47,421 nucleotides of DNA, from the IMG/VR virus record IMGVR_UViG_3300045960_000077, positions 1-47,421 of that record; one strand, 5' to 3'. Below the pieces are notes generated by a model. It did not search any database and was not told where the DNA came from. It worked only from the letters and a program-made list of their open reading frames with translations. Each line of letters opens with the position of its first letter. Position 1 is the first letter of the stretch. The position numbers and the translations under genes are program-made. Shown here in pieces: positions 28,139 through 36,780 of this stretch. The stretch comes from a virus (Duplodnaviria; Heunggongvirae; Uroviricota; Caudoviricetes).

Positions 28139-28711
28139 TTACTTCTTCTTTGTATTAGACGTTTCATCGCCATCAGGTTCTTTGTGCCGAGGGACTACGA
28201 CTATGACTTCGTCGCCGCCTATTTTCTCGCCCTTCTTAATTGGTGGACCAACTATAACAGCGGGGACATCATGAGGTACTGGTTTTCCTTTAAGTTTTCT
28301 TGCCAAGTCTGCATTAGCAGGGTTAAAGAACTGAACGTGACAAGAATTGCATTTGTTTTCTGAAACTATCGCCGTATGATGAACCACTGCGTTTGCTGTA
28401 GCAGCAGCTCTTGAAGCGTCATTATGTTCCATGAGATCTTTTTGAACATCATTGATTTGTATTCTCATTGAAACAATTTCTTTCTGAACTTCTACTATAG
28501 TTATAGCGACCCAAGAAACCAAAGCGACTAAAAGAACAGGAAGAATTTTCCCGACAATGTCAATTAACCAACCACCTGACCACGGCTCTTTTTTCTTTTG
28601 AATATCAGCAACGTTTGATATAAGTTCACTAAGCGATTCGTCGATCGCAGTTTTAATATCTCGTTTTGTCATTATGATTCTTTCTTCATTTGGAGTAGTC
28701 ATATGACTCAC
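28139..28711 (-). CDS. Single-TM membrane protein with coiled coil and a CxxCH motif
   Basis: TM ILPVLLVALVSWVAITIV; CNSCH encoded at 28337-28351. Confidence 0.6.
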   Translation of the reverse strand: MSHMTTPNEERIIMTKRDIKTAIDESLSELISNVADIQKKKEPWSGGWLIDIVGKILPVLLVALVSWVAITIVEVQKEIVSMRIQINDVQKDLMEHNDASRAAATANAVVHHTAIVSENKCNSCHVQFFNPANADLARKLKGKPVPHDVPAVIVGPPIKKGEKIGGDEVIVVVPRHKEPDGDETSNTKKK

Positions 28712-28720
28712 CTTCTATAA

Positions 28721-29107
28721 TTAGACCTTATATTCGACTACCGAAATCATGAATGGACCATTTGACGTAATTAATAGAAAAACGTCTGTGGAATTTGGTT
28801 TTATATATTGTGTGAAAGGAGTGGCAGAAAAGAACCGAGTTAAATCAATCGGTCCGGCGCCTTGAGCAAATGTGAAGAGTGTTCTTCCAGAAATAATTGT
28901 TGACCCGTTAGTAGACACACCAATAGAAAAGGTTGTACCTGCTGTAATTGCAGAATAAATAATGTATCGAAGTCCATCCGCAAGAGGGAGCACAATCGGC
29001 ACATTCGCTAAACTAGATACGAATCTAGCTTTATGTCTGAGAATAGACTCAGTATTCTGTGAAATTACTGGGAATAGAGTGGTGTGCGCTCCTGTTAAAT
29101 CAGCCAT
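28721..29107 (-). CDS. Small beta-rich protein, possible head decoration
   Basis: 128 aa; AGGAG RBS; sits in the post-capsid cluster. Confidence 0.4.
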   Translation of the reverse strand: MADLTGAHTTLFPVISQNTESILRHKARFVSSLANVPIVLPLADGLRYIIYSAITAGTTFSIGVSTNGSTIISGRTLFTFAQGAGPIDLTRFFSATPFTQYIKPNSTDVFLLITSNGPFMISVVEYKV

Positions 29108-29145
29108 TATAAACTCCTAACCTATGTTATTCATTTTATGTTATG

Positions 29146-29496
29146 TTACGCCGATGCAACTTCCTTTTTCTTTGACTTTTTAACTTCTTTAGGACTTTCG
29201 CCTTCACTAACAAATGATGGTGCCTCAGAACCTAATTCATCAGTCACTTTTTGTGTTTCAGCAGCCAACTTTGCTTCTTCGACTGCTATTGCCGCCTTAC
29301 GAGCTGCGACTGCTTTGGGTGTAACATCGAGAGTAATTCTTTGAGGCTCGAGCCCCAAACCTTTGCGCATATTCTCTAGACGCTTTTGATTAGCCTTATC
29401 GGCATCTGTCTTTATTTTTTCAATTTGATCGGGCGTAAGACGCTTTGCTTCTTCTCCCGTTAAAGTCCTATTGCCAACTCTTATATATAGAGTCAT
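29146..29496 (-). CDS. Hypothetical charged protein following the capsid genes
   Basis: 116 aa; AGGAGG RBS; Lys/Glu-rich tail. Confidence 0.6.
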   Translation of the reverse strand: MTLYIRVGNRTLTGEEAKRLTPDQIEKIKTDADKANQKRLENMRKGLGLEPQRITLDVTPKAVAARKAAIAVEEAKLAAETQKVTDELGSEAPSFVSEGESPKEVKKSKKKEVASA

Positions 29497-29540
29497 ATCG
29501 ATACCCTCCTAGGGATACAAAATATTGATAGAGAAAATTA

Positions 29541-29560
29541 AGTGGGCCCGAAGGCCCACT
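29541..29560 (-). terminator. Intrinsic terminator/hairpin with C(UUCG)G tetraloop
   Basis: Minus strand AGTGGGCC-TTCG-GGCCCACT followed by TAATTTTCT. Confidence 0.75.
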
Positions 29561-29565
29561 CTTTA

Positions 29566-29799
29566 TTAAGCGCCAGAAACGCCAGAGTAGCCAGAAGTTC
29601 CTGTTGCTCCAGAATAACCAGAAATTCCTGAGCCTGAATAACCAGATGTGCCAGCTCCTGAATAGCCTGAAGTTCCAGTAGCACCAGAATATCCGCTGAC
29701 ACCACTATATCCAGAGATACCCGAAACGCCTCGAGGACCTGTGAACGGATTAACATACTGATAACCAACTGTGTCACCAGCTTTTGGGTAAAGAGTCAT
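29566..29799 (-). CDS. Mini Gly-Tyr-Ser repeat protein, paralog 2
   Basis: MTLYPKAGD...GPRGVSGISGYSG...; GGAGG RBS. Confidence 0.85.
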   Translation of the reverse strand: MTLYPKAGDTVGYQYVNPFTGPRGVSGISGYSGVSGYSGATGTSGYSGAGTSGYSGSGISGYSGATGTSGYSGVSGA

Positions 29800-29826
29800 T
29801 TAAAACCTCCAAATCAATTCTTTTAA

Positions 29827-30057
29827 TTAAGGCGCGTAGCCTGAGTAACCCGAAGCGCCGAGATATCCCGAATATCCTGATACGCCATATCCAGAAGTGC
29901 CCGAGCCCGAGTAACCTGAAGTTCCGCGAGCACCAGTATATCCAGAAACTGTTCCAGACATACCAGAATATCCTTGAGGACCACGAGGGCCTCTCATATT
30001 TGCAGGAATCTCATAGGGATAACCCGTTACATCGCCTGCTTTTGGATAAAGTGTCAT
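29827..30057 (-). CDS. Mini Gly-Tyr-Ser repeat protein, paralog 1
   Basis: MTLYPKAGD...GPRGPQGYSG...; AGGAG RBS. Confidence 0.85.
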   Translation of the reverse strand: MTLYPKAGDVTGYPYEIPANMRGPRGPQGYSGMSGTVSGYTGARGTSGYSGSGTSGYGVSGYSGYLGASGYSGYAP

Positions 30058-30084
30058 TGATAGAGCTCCTTTTGCGAGTCTAAG

Positions 30085-30122
30085 AAAAAAAGGGTCTTAA
30101 CAGCAGTGCCATTAAGACCCTT
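30085..30122 (-). terminator. Rho-independent terminator after the major capsid gene
   Basis: AAGGGTCTTAA/TTAAGACCCTT stem, 11 nt loop, T-tract on the minus strand. Confidence 0.75.
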
Positions 30123-30180
30123 CTCATAAGTATAGTTGCTGTTATAACTATGCTGTCAGTTTTTATTTAGTAAAGTAGAA

Positions 30181-31623
30181 TTAATACTTTACGTTAATGA
30201 CTCTCGTCCACTTCAAAGGGGCAAAGAGAACGGGGACACCGTAGAGCAGGATCATCCACTTGTAAGCAGGAGCGATCGTTGCTAGATCCATCTTGACCAG
30301 CGGAGCCAACTGACGGAACGTGAGTACGTCAGGGGTCATCTGACCGATGAAGCATGTATAAGTATTAGGCATACGAACGCCTGAATAATCATATGCAGCA
30401 TCAGCTGTTGCAGCAAGAGGAATCGTCTGTACCCAATATTGCGTACCAGCAGCATCATCAACTTCGGTGATGAAGATGTCCATGAACTGAGCAGTATTAG
30501 CGTTTGAATCAACACCCGACACTGTAAAGCGAAGAGTATTAGATCCCGATGTTGTTACCGTACCACCAGCGCATGTCTTAGCAATTGTTTCTCCCCACTT
30601 ATTTCTAAGTGTGAAAGAAGCAGCATAGTCACCGGCGGCGACTGAATATCCTGAAGTAGGAGAACCAGCAGCGGTCATGGTAACAGTTACTGAACCAAGA
30701 GGCATTTCATCAGACTTGAGAAGAGTTGCTGCTGTAGGAGCTACTCTTGTCTTGTTCAAGAAGAAGGTTGGCTTTAGGTTAACTCGACCAGCCTGAGTCA
30801 TAAGACCGTCGATGTTGATGTTGACCTGAGTGTTACCAGATGCTGTTGGGAGAATTACTCTCTGTGCAGCAGTTCCAGCGAACTCTTCGTTGATCTTTGC
30901 AAGAACAGGGAATGGAAGATAAATATCAGTTGGGAAACCGAAGTTATCAACAACAGTCTGAGCTAGATCATTGACGATTGTGGTGAAAGGAGTTGAGGAG
31001 AAAGTAGTTCCACGAAGATCGTAGGTATTACCTGCACCAGTTCCGCCAGTAGAAGGACCGTCGCCAAGAAGCTTGTCAAGGCCTGCCCATTCAACATACT
31101 CTGTGGCATTTCGTCCCTTGTCATTTCCCCAGAAGAGGGAATTTTCAATCTGGCGAAGCATCCACATGATTCCGTTTGAGTTTTCCTGAGCGATAACGTC
31201 AGGAACCATCGTACGAACCAAGGTTAGAGGGTGGGAGACTGATCTGGTTGTACCAACGAACTTAACCAATGCGGCTCGTCTTGCGTAGTCGGAATTTGTC
31301 TGATAAGGTAGTTCACCTTCAGTCAAGAACCCACCGGCCTGAGTGCCGTAAGAGGTTAGCTGGTTGAATTCTTCAACCGTTGAATAAGCAGGTGACTTCG
31401 GAATATCTTTCCAGAAGTTGATGTGCTTATCTGTGAATGTGATAACCTTAAGTGAACTGTCCAGAGATTCAACTCTTAGGGACTGAGCACCCGTGGTACC
31501 ATAGTTTGAGCTACCAAAGGCTGCGCCGGCGGATAGACCATTGTCTGTTACGCCTTCGAGGGCTTTATTAAGAGCCGCGACATCCTGTAGGTCGCCGATT
31601 CCAAAACCTTGTACATCGTTCAT
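30181..31623 (-). CDS. Major capsid protein (SPO1/Twort-like, HK97 fold)
   Basis: SLRVESLDSSLKVITF...FWKDIPKSPAYSTVEEF, IE...FWG, LAPLVKMDLA...LLYG motifs; putative cleavage at ALNKA. Confidence 0.95.
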   Translation of the reverse strand: MNDVQGFGIGDLQDVAALNKALEGVTDNGLSAGAAFGSSNYGTTGAQSLRVESLDSSLKVITFTDKHINFWKDIPKSPAYSTVEEFNQLTSYGTQAGGFLTEGELPYQTNSDYARRAALVKFVGTTRSVSHPLTLVRTMVPDVIAQENSNGIMWMLRQIENSLFWGNDKGRNATEYVEWAGLDKLLGDGPSTGGTGAGNTYDLRGTTFSSTPFTTIVNDLAQTVVDNFGFPTDIYLPFPVLAKINEEFAGTAAQRVILPTASGNTQVNINIDGLMTQAGRVNLKPTFFLNKTRVAPTAATLLKSDEMPLGSVTVTMTAAGSPTSGYSVAAGDYAASFTLRNKWGETIAKTCAGGTVTTSGSNTLRFTVSGVDSNANTAQFMDIFITEVDDAAGTQYWVQTIPLAATADAAYDYSGVRMPNTYTCFIGQMTPDVLTFRQLAPLVKMDLATIAPAYKWMILLYGVPVLFAPLKWTRVINVKY

Positions 31624-31650
31624 TGTTTAGTGTTCCTCCTAGTGAACTGA

Positions 31651-32619
31651 TTACTCTAAACCGAGTTTAGATCTTACTAATTCTGGTAGAATTGATGTGT
31701 CACCAACAGCGTCGAATCTTAGAACCATATTCGTATCTACGCCTTGATTTCCTGCCATTTGCATATCAAGAAGTCGGCTAGAGATTTCACCCTTGCTCAA
31801 CGTTGACTTGCTGAGAGAAGGATTGTCAATTCCCTTAATATTGTCGGCTGATTTGAGCAGAGACTTTCTGATATTCATTGTGTTAGCAATGTTGACGATT
31901 GCCGTTTCGAGCTCTTTGTTGGATTTTTCAAGTTCTTCAATCCTGTCAAGAGTAATTGCGAGTGATTTTGCCAATCCTGCTTCTACATATTCGGCTTCAT
32001 TGGACTTCTGAACGGTTTGTTCAACAAATTCACTATACTTCTCGTCGAGCTGGGCAACCGCCTTAGCTACAATCTCGGTGGTAAATTCGTCGATGTCAAG
32101 ATAAACTTCGCCTGGATCTTCGGACTTTTTAGCATCGTCCTTATCATCGTCGTCCTTCTTTTCATCATCATTGTCATCATCATCCTTCTTCTCGAAAGGA
32201 TTTTCGCCCTTCACAAGATCAGGATCGGATTCTGACTTCTGCTGTGATTCTGTCGAAGTAGCTGTTCCAGGATGGTTAGGTCCCGTTCCGCCGCCTTCGT
32301 GCTTAATTGTTGCCGGACGAGCTACTGGGGCTCTTCCGCCGGCGCCCTTAGGAGTCTGAATTTCATCCTGTTCGGCTCCGCCATCTTCAAAATCTTCGCC
32401 ACCTAGAGGACGACTACCGCCATCATGGCTACCACCAGCGCCCTTGGGATGCGTTCCCGAATTAGCTGCATTGGTCTCCTTTTCGGCTTCATCTTCCTTA
32501 GGAGCAGTCGCGAGTTCATGATTGACAGCCTCGGCTGGTCCACCTGAACCCGTGTGCTTTGTACCATAGCCTTGAGCTTTATTGATGAGCTCTTCGACCG
32601 CTTTAAGAATTCCTGACAT
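31651..32619 (-). CDS. Capsid scaffolding protein
   Basis: Between protease and capsid; acidic, disordered N-half, coiled coil, short C-terminal helical domain. Confidence 0.75.
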   Translation of the reverse strand: MSGILKAVEELINKAQGYGTKHTGSGGPAEAVNHELATAPKEDEAEKETNAANSGTHPKGAGGSHDGGSRPLGGEDFEDGGAEQDEIQTPKGAGGRAPVARPATIKHEGGGTGPNHPGTATSTESQQKSESDPDLVKGENPFEKKDDDDNDDEKKDDDDKDDAKKSEDPGEVYLDIDEFTTEIVAKAVAQLDEKYSEFVEQTVQKSNEAEYVEAGLAKSLAITLDRIEELEKSNKELETAIVNIANTMNIRKSLLKSADNIKGIDNPSLSKSTLSKGEISSRLLDMQMAGNQGVDTNMVLRFDAVGDTSILPELVRSKLGLE

Positions 32620-32669
32620 TCGCTTTCCTCCGTGTTACGTAATGTAAATTAGTAAGATCTCATCGTTTT

Positions 32670-33623
32670 TTACTGTAAGACATTAGAATCTTTAATAATT
32701 CTTACAAAATTATCGATTCCGTCAGCTCTATAAACGAGACCTACGATTTCTTCTAGCAGGACATCACTAGCCTTAGGATGTACTGTCTTGAGAAGTGTGA
32801 TTAACTCTTTGTGGGATTTTTGTGCTGTGCGAAAATTAGCATGTAGACGTGATTCTAATTCTTCTTCTGAACTTTGTCTGTTTCCTACTACTGCGTTGTT
32901 TTTAATAGCATTTGTGTTAGCGCCTTCAAGATCTTCCGTCCTAAGTGATTCATGACCCGTATAATTGCTACTACCAAATGAATGACCTGCAACTGCTCCA
33001 ACTTCTGCAATTGCTGCCAAATCTTTCTTGAGTGAAAGGTCTTTCATTATGTAGGAGACGATTTCGTCATAGGCAGGAGGAACGAAGGATTTTGAAACTG
33101 CTTCGAATGTAGCTTCAGTATTCACCGGGATATGTGTGACAGCAACGTTCGTTACTTTTGCTTTCACGATTTTTGACTTGTTGATCGCCGACCGGGCTAC
33201 GATTTTTCCTTCAATAGAATATCCTAATCTGCGAGGATGTCCTAATGATTTCAATTCAGTAGCTAGATTCCAAACATGGGTAGCCATCTCATTGTTAAAG
33301 AGCATTCCCTTTGTGAAGAAGCCGATGTGGTCGATTTTTGAGTAGACAGGAATTCCAATTACGTGGTTGGGTGAGTTGTTGTGCATCCAATTGAGCCAGC
33401 CCTGGTTGACATAATAGGATATGTCTAAACCCGATTTGATGATGCTTTCACCATCAGAATCCCAGGCTGGAGTTGAGGCATAACCTTGAATAAATCTCCC
33501 GGTTGCCTTAGTGGCATCAAAATTTTGATTTTGAAATTCCGCTTTATTCAGCTCGCCTTCGACAAACTCGATATTATCAGTATAAAACTGAAATATATCG
33601 TCGAAAGTTTTCGGATCTGTCAT
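32670..33623 (-). CDS. Prohead maturation protease
   Basis: IQGYASTPAWDSDGESI, LNWMH, GYSIEG, VAVTHIPVN motifs. Confidence 0.9.
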   Translation of the reverse strand: MTDPKTFDDIFQFYTDNIEFVEGELNKAEFQNQNFDATKATGRFIQGYASTPAWDSDGESIIKSGLDISYYVNQGWLNWMHNNSPNHVIGIPVYSKIDHIGFFTKGMLFNNEMATHVWNLATELKSLGHPRRLGYSIEGKIVARSAINKSKIVKAKVTNVAVTHIPVNTEATFEAVSKSFVPPAYDEIVSYIMKDLSLKKDLAAIAEVGAVAGHSFGSSNYTGHESLRTEDLEGANTNAIKNNAVVGNRQSSEEELESRLHANFRTAQKSHKELITLLKTVHPKASDVLLEEIVGLVYRADGIDNFVRIIKDSNVLQ

Positions 33624-33853
33624 TATTTACCTCTTTTGTTTAATTCTGCGTATATAGAAATATATTCATCAATAATTGTCTTAGATAACGTTCGTTCAAA
33701 TGGATCAAGTCGACCTTCAAGTAAATCAGTGAAATTGATTAAAAACCGAGTTGCACGTTCGACTCTTTCTACAGGAGTTAAAAACTGCTTCGTAATTTCT
33801 TTTGGTGACATCGATACCTCGCATTTTGTGTATTCATGTACTATATTAGTCAA
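33623..33853 (-). CDS. Hypothetical protein, first gene of the late leftward operon
   Basis: 76 aa, TAATG-coupled to the protease; start codon uncertain. Confidence 0.55.
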   Translation of the reverse strand: MTNIVHEYTKCEVSMSPKEITKQFLTPVERVERATRFLINFTDLLEGRLDPFERTLSKTIIDEYISIYAELNKRGK

Positions 33854-34055
33854 ATTGCGCTCATTTTATTGAAAAAATAGCTAATTTAGTCTTTAAAGCT
33901 ATCAAATGATGAGATCTAGAACTATTTTTAGCAACTCAGTTCTCGATAACGATAACAAGGGTATAATGGTTTCAACATACTTCAAACGTAAAGCAGAAAT
34001 TAAAACCATTTCATATGAACTCATCAAAACGGTATAGGTTAAAAGGGGTTAAATA

Positions 34056-34661
34056 ATGGCCAATGATGGAAAGAAGATTGAAAATGACAGCATCCGAGAA
34101 GTTCAGTCAAAACTGAATGAATTGAATCGAATCGTAAGAGAAAAAGATGCGACCGTAGAATCAATCCCAGAAGTTTCTTTAATTCAGAAATATCAGAATG
34201 AAAGCCTTCCAGACGTAGTTGAGGATGAGCAATTTGCCAGCTTGTGTGAGCAAACTGCAGCACTTCAGTACAATGGTTCGAAGAAAGAAGACATCTGTAA
34301 AGCACTTGAAATAGACGCCAGAAAATATAAAGAAATTGTCTTATCACAGGATTTCATTGACATCAAGCGTCGTATTGCTGAAGACCACAAAGTAACTATT
34401 CTTTCAAAAGTCTTGGGACAGGTTGATGCTGCTATTTTTGCTTTGTCGGAATTGTTAGATACTGCCGATGAAGACAGAGTAAAACTAAATGCAGCGGCTT
34501 TAGTATTAGAGCACGCTTCTAGACTTCTAGAAGATCAAAAGTCTTCGTTCCCCAGCATAAGCAATGTCATTAAAGATGCTGCTAATAGTGGCGAACCAGT
34601 CACACTTACTTTAGCCCAAGTTATTATGCGCCAGCGTGACGAACGTGGCCTCAACCGTTAA
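34056..34661 (+). CDS. Terminase small subunit candidate
   Basis: HTH-like segment (KKEDICKALEIDARKY) followed by helical oligomerisation-like region; upstream of TerL. Confidence 0.55.
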   Translation: MANDGKKIENDSIREVQSKLNELNRIVREKDATVESIPEVSLIQKYQNESLPDVVEDEQFASLCEQTAALQYNGSKKEDICKALEIDARKYKEIVLSQDFIDIKRRIAEDHKVTILSKVLGQVDAAIFALSELLDTADEDRVKLNAAALVLEHASRLLEDQKSSFPSISNVIKDAANSGEPVTLTLAQVIMRQRDERGLNR

Positions 34662-35032
34662 TGAAAGAGTTCGATTATGACGGAGCAGAACGGCTCAAAA
34701 AAAGAAATGCCTTCGCTCATGTTAACAAAAGACCAGTCAAACGGTCAGGGCCAAATAAAGTGGAATGGAAGTTATGGAAAATTCTTGGCCCATCGTTTAC
34801 TTACACAGGCGATGGATCCTATAAGATCGACAACCTTAGACCCGATTTCATTAGCAAAACTAGGAAGCTTGTTATTGAAGTCTACGGAAATTATTGGCAT
34901 CGAAATGAGCCAATCCAAAAAACAATGCAAAGAATCAGTCGATTTGAAAGACAAGGATGGCGAGTAATAATCATATGGGAGCATGAAGTTCATGACCCAG
35001 TAAAATTAAGTAGGAAGTTGGCATTAATATGA
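34661..35032 (+). CDS. DUF559/Vsr-like PD-(D/E)XK endonuclease
   Basis: RPDF...KLVIEVYGNYWH...GWRVIIIWEHEV. Confidence 0.8.
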   Translation: MKEFDYDGAERLKKRNAFAHVNKRPVKRSGPNKVEWKLWKILGPSFTYTGDGSYKIDNLRPDFISKTRKLVIEVYGNYWHRNEPIQKTMQRISRFERQGWRVIIIWEHEVHDPVKLSRKLALI

Positions 35033-36780
35033 CAGACACAACTGCAATGGAGCAATTAGTACAACGTGCTCTGACCGACCATAGATTCTTTATCGAAACT
35101 TTTATCAGCATTAAAGATAAAGATCGATATATCGTACCATTCGTATTTAACCCAATTCAGGAATTATTCTTCACTAAATATGAAGAAATGAACGCGAAGG
35201 GTGTTAGACGACACATCATTCTCAAACCCCGCCAGTTAGGATTTACCACTCTTGTTTGTGCTCTCTTTCTTACAGAATGTATCCTCGTGCCTAATACGGT
35301 TGCAGCAATCATTGCACACGATGCTGAATCTACGGCAAGAATATTTGAAATCACTAAACTCATGTACGAAAAACTGCCCGAAGAAATCAGGCCTATTAAG
35401 AAGTACTCATCAAAACGAGAAATCGTGTTTGAAGATATCGGCAGCAAGATCTTCATCGGTACTGCAGGGTCGGTTGGGTTTGGCCGAGGAACCACAATCA
35501 ACCTACTACATTGTTCAGAGTACGCGTTCTGGGAAAAACCAGAAGAACTCCTTCCCTCCCTCTTAGAAACTGTCCCTAAAGACAACGGTGTTATCATCTA
35601 CGAAACCACGGCAAATGGATATAACCATTTCCATGATGACTATCTAGTCGCTAAAGCAACGAGTGATATGGATCGAAGATTGAATCAAATTGCCTATCCT
35701 CATTTCTATAGATGGTTTGACCACCCAGAATATTTCTTTGATGTTCCCGTTGGAGGGCCCGAAGAAGAGTATATAAAGAGCTCTCTAAACAAAGACGAAG
35801 AAAGCATGATCAAAGTCCACGGTCTTTCTTATGGACAAATAGCTTGGAGAAGATCTAAACAATCTTCACTAAAAGACAAGTTCATGCAAGAATATCCCGA
35901 AGATGATATTTCGTGCTTCATTGCATCAGGTAAGCCCTTCTTCGATCGTTCTATCATCAAGTCAATCGGTATATGGCTTGAAGAAAATAAGGTCGATGAG
36001 TGGAAGAAAAAGCAGATGGAAGACAAAATAACCATCTTCAAGAATTATATTCCGGGTGATCAATATATTCTATGTGTAGATCCCGCCGAAGGAAACCCTC
36101 AGTCTGATAATTCATCGGCATATATCTTGAGACTGAATAAAGAGCCAATATTCATTGAGCAGTGTGCAGAGATTTCCGATAAATTAGCGATGCCAAAATT
36201 CTATAGACTTCTATATCATTTGGGTGCTCTTTATGGATTCCCAAAATTAGCAATAGAACGAAATAATCACGGTCATCTATTGAATTATTGGGCTGCGAAT
36301 GGATTCATGCAAGATCAAGTGAAGCTATTGGATAACTATCCTAATATATACATGGGAAAAGACGGTAAACCGGGATTTATCACTTCTAGTACCACTCGTC
36401 CTTTGATTCTTGATAATCTCGCTGAATTGTTGAGAAATAACATGCTTGTTATATATTCGAGAATTTGGCTAGATCAAGCGCTCTCTTTTGTGTATAATGA
36501 TTCAGGTAGGCCAGAAGCTCAGGGTAATAAGAAAGATGATAGCATTATCGCAACAGGAGTTGGAAGCTTCGTTCTGATCAATGAAAAACAATCGTCCTCT
36601 TTCTCATTCGTAAACAAAGATTTATTTGGTGTCAGCCCATCTGAGCAACCTAAAGTGTCAGTTTATGATAAAAAAGCTCTAATTTATGATGATAGCAATA
36701 AACATCCTCTAGATTTTAACGTCGTTCTTGGTGAAACTGCTGTAGAGATCGACTGGAAACAATATATCGGAGACAAATAA
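35029..36780 (+). CDS. terL: Terminase large subunit
   Basis: ILKPRQLGFTT, LHCSEYAFW, YETTANG, VDPAEG and KDDSII motifs. Confidence 0.95.
   Translation: MTDTTAMEQLVQRALTDHRFFIETFISIKDKDRYIVPFVFNPIQELFFTKYEEMNAKGVRRHIILKPRQLGFTTLVCALFLTECILVPNTVAAIIAHDAESTARIFEITKLMYEKLPEEIRPIKKYSSKREIVFEDIGSKIFIGTAGSVGFGRGTTINLLHCSEYAFWEKPEELLPSLLETVPKDNGVIIYETTANGYNHFHDDYLVAKATSDMDRRLNQIAYPHFYRWFDHPEYFFDVPVGGPEEEYIKSSLNKDEESMIKVHGLSYGQIAWRRSKQSSLKDKFMQEYPEDDISCFIASGKPFFDRSIIKSIGIWLEENKVDEWKKKQMEDKITIFKNYIPGDQYILCVDPAEGNPQSDNSSAYILRLNKEPIFIEQCAEISDKLAMPKFYRLLYHLGALYGFPKLAIERNNHGHLLNYWAANGFMQDQVKLLDNYPNIYMGKDGKPGFITSSTTRPLILDNLAELLRNNMLVIYSRIWLDQALSFVYNDSGRPEAQGNKKDDSIIATGVGSFVLINEKQSSSFSFVNKDLFGVSPSEQPKVSVYDKKALIYDDSNKHPLDFNVVLGETAVEIDWKQYIGDK

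Noticed and set aside
30400-30760. Ig-like insertion near the capsid C-terminus
   Set aside because: An equivalent insertion domain is normal in SPO1/Twort-type capsid proteins
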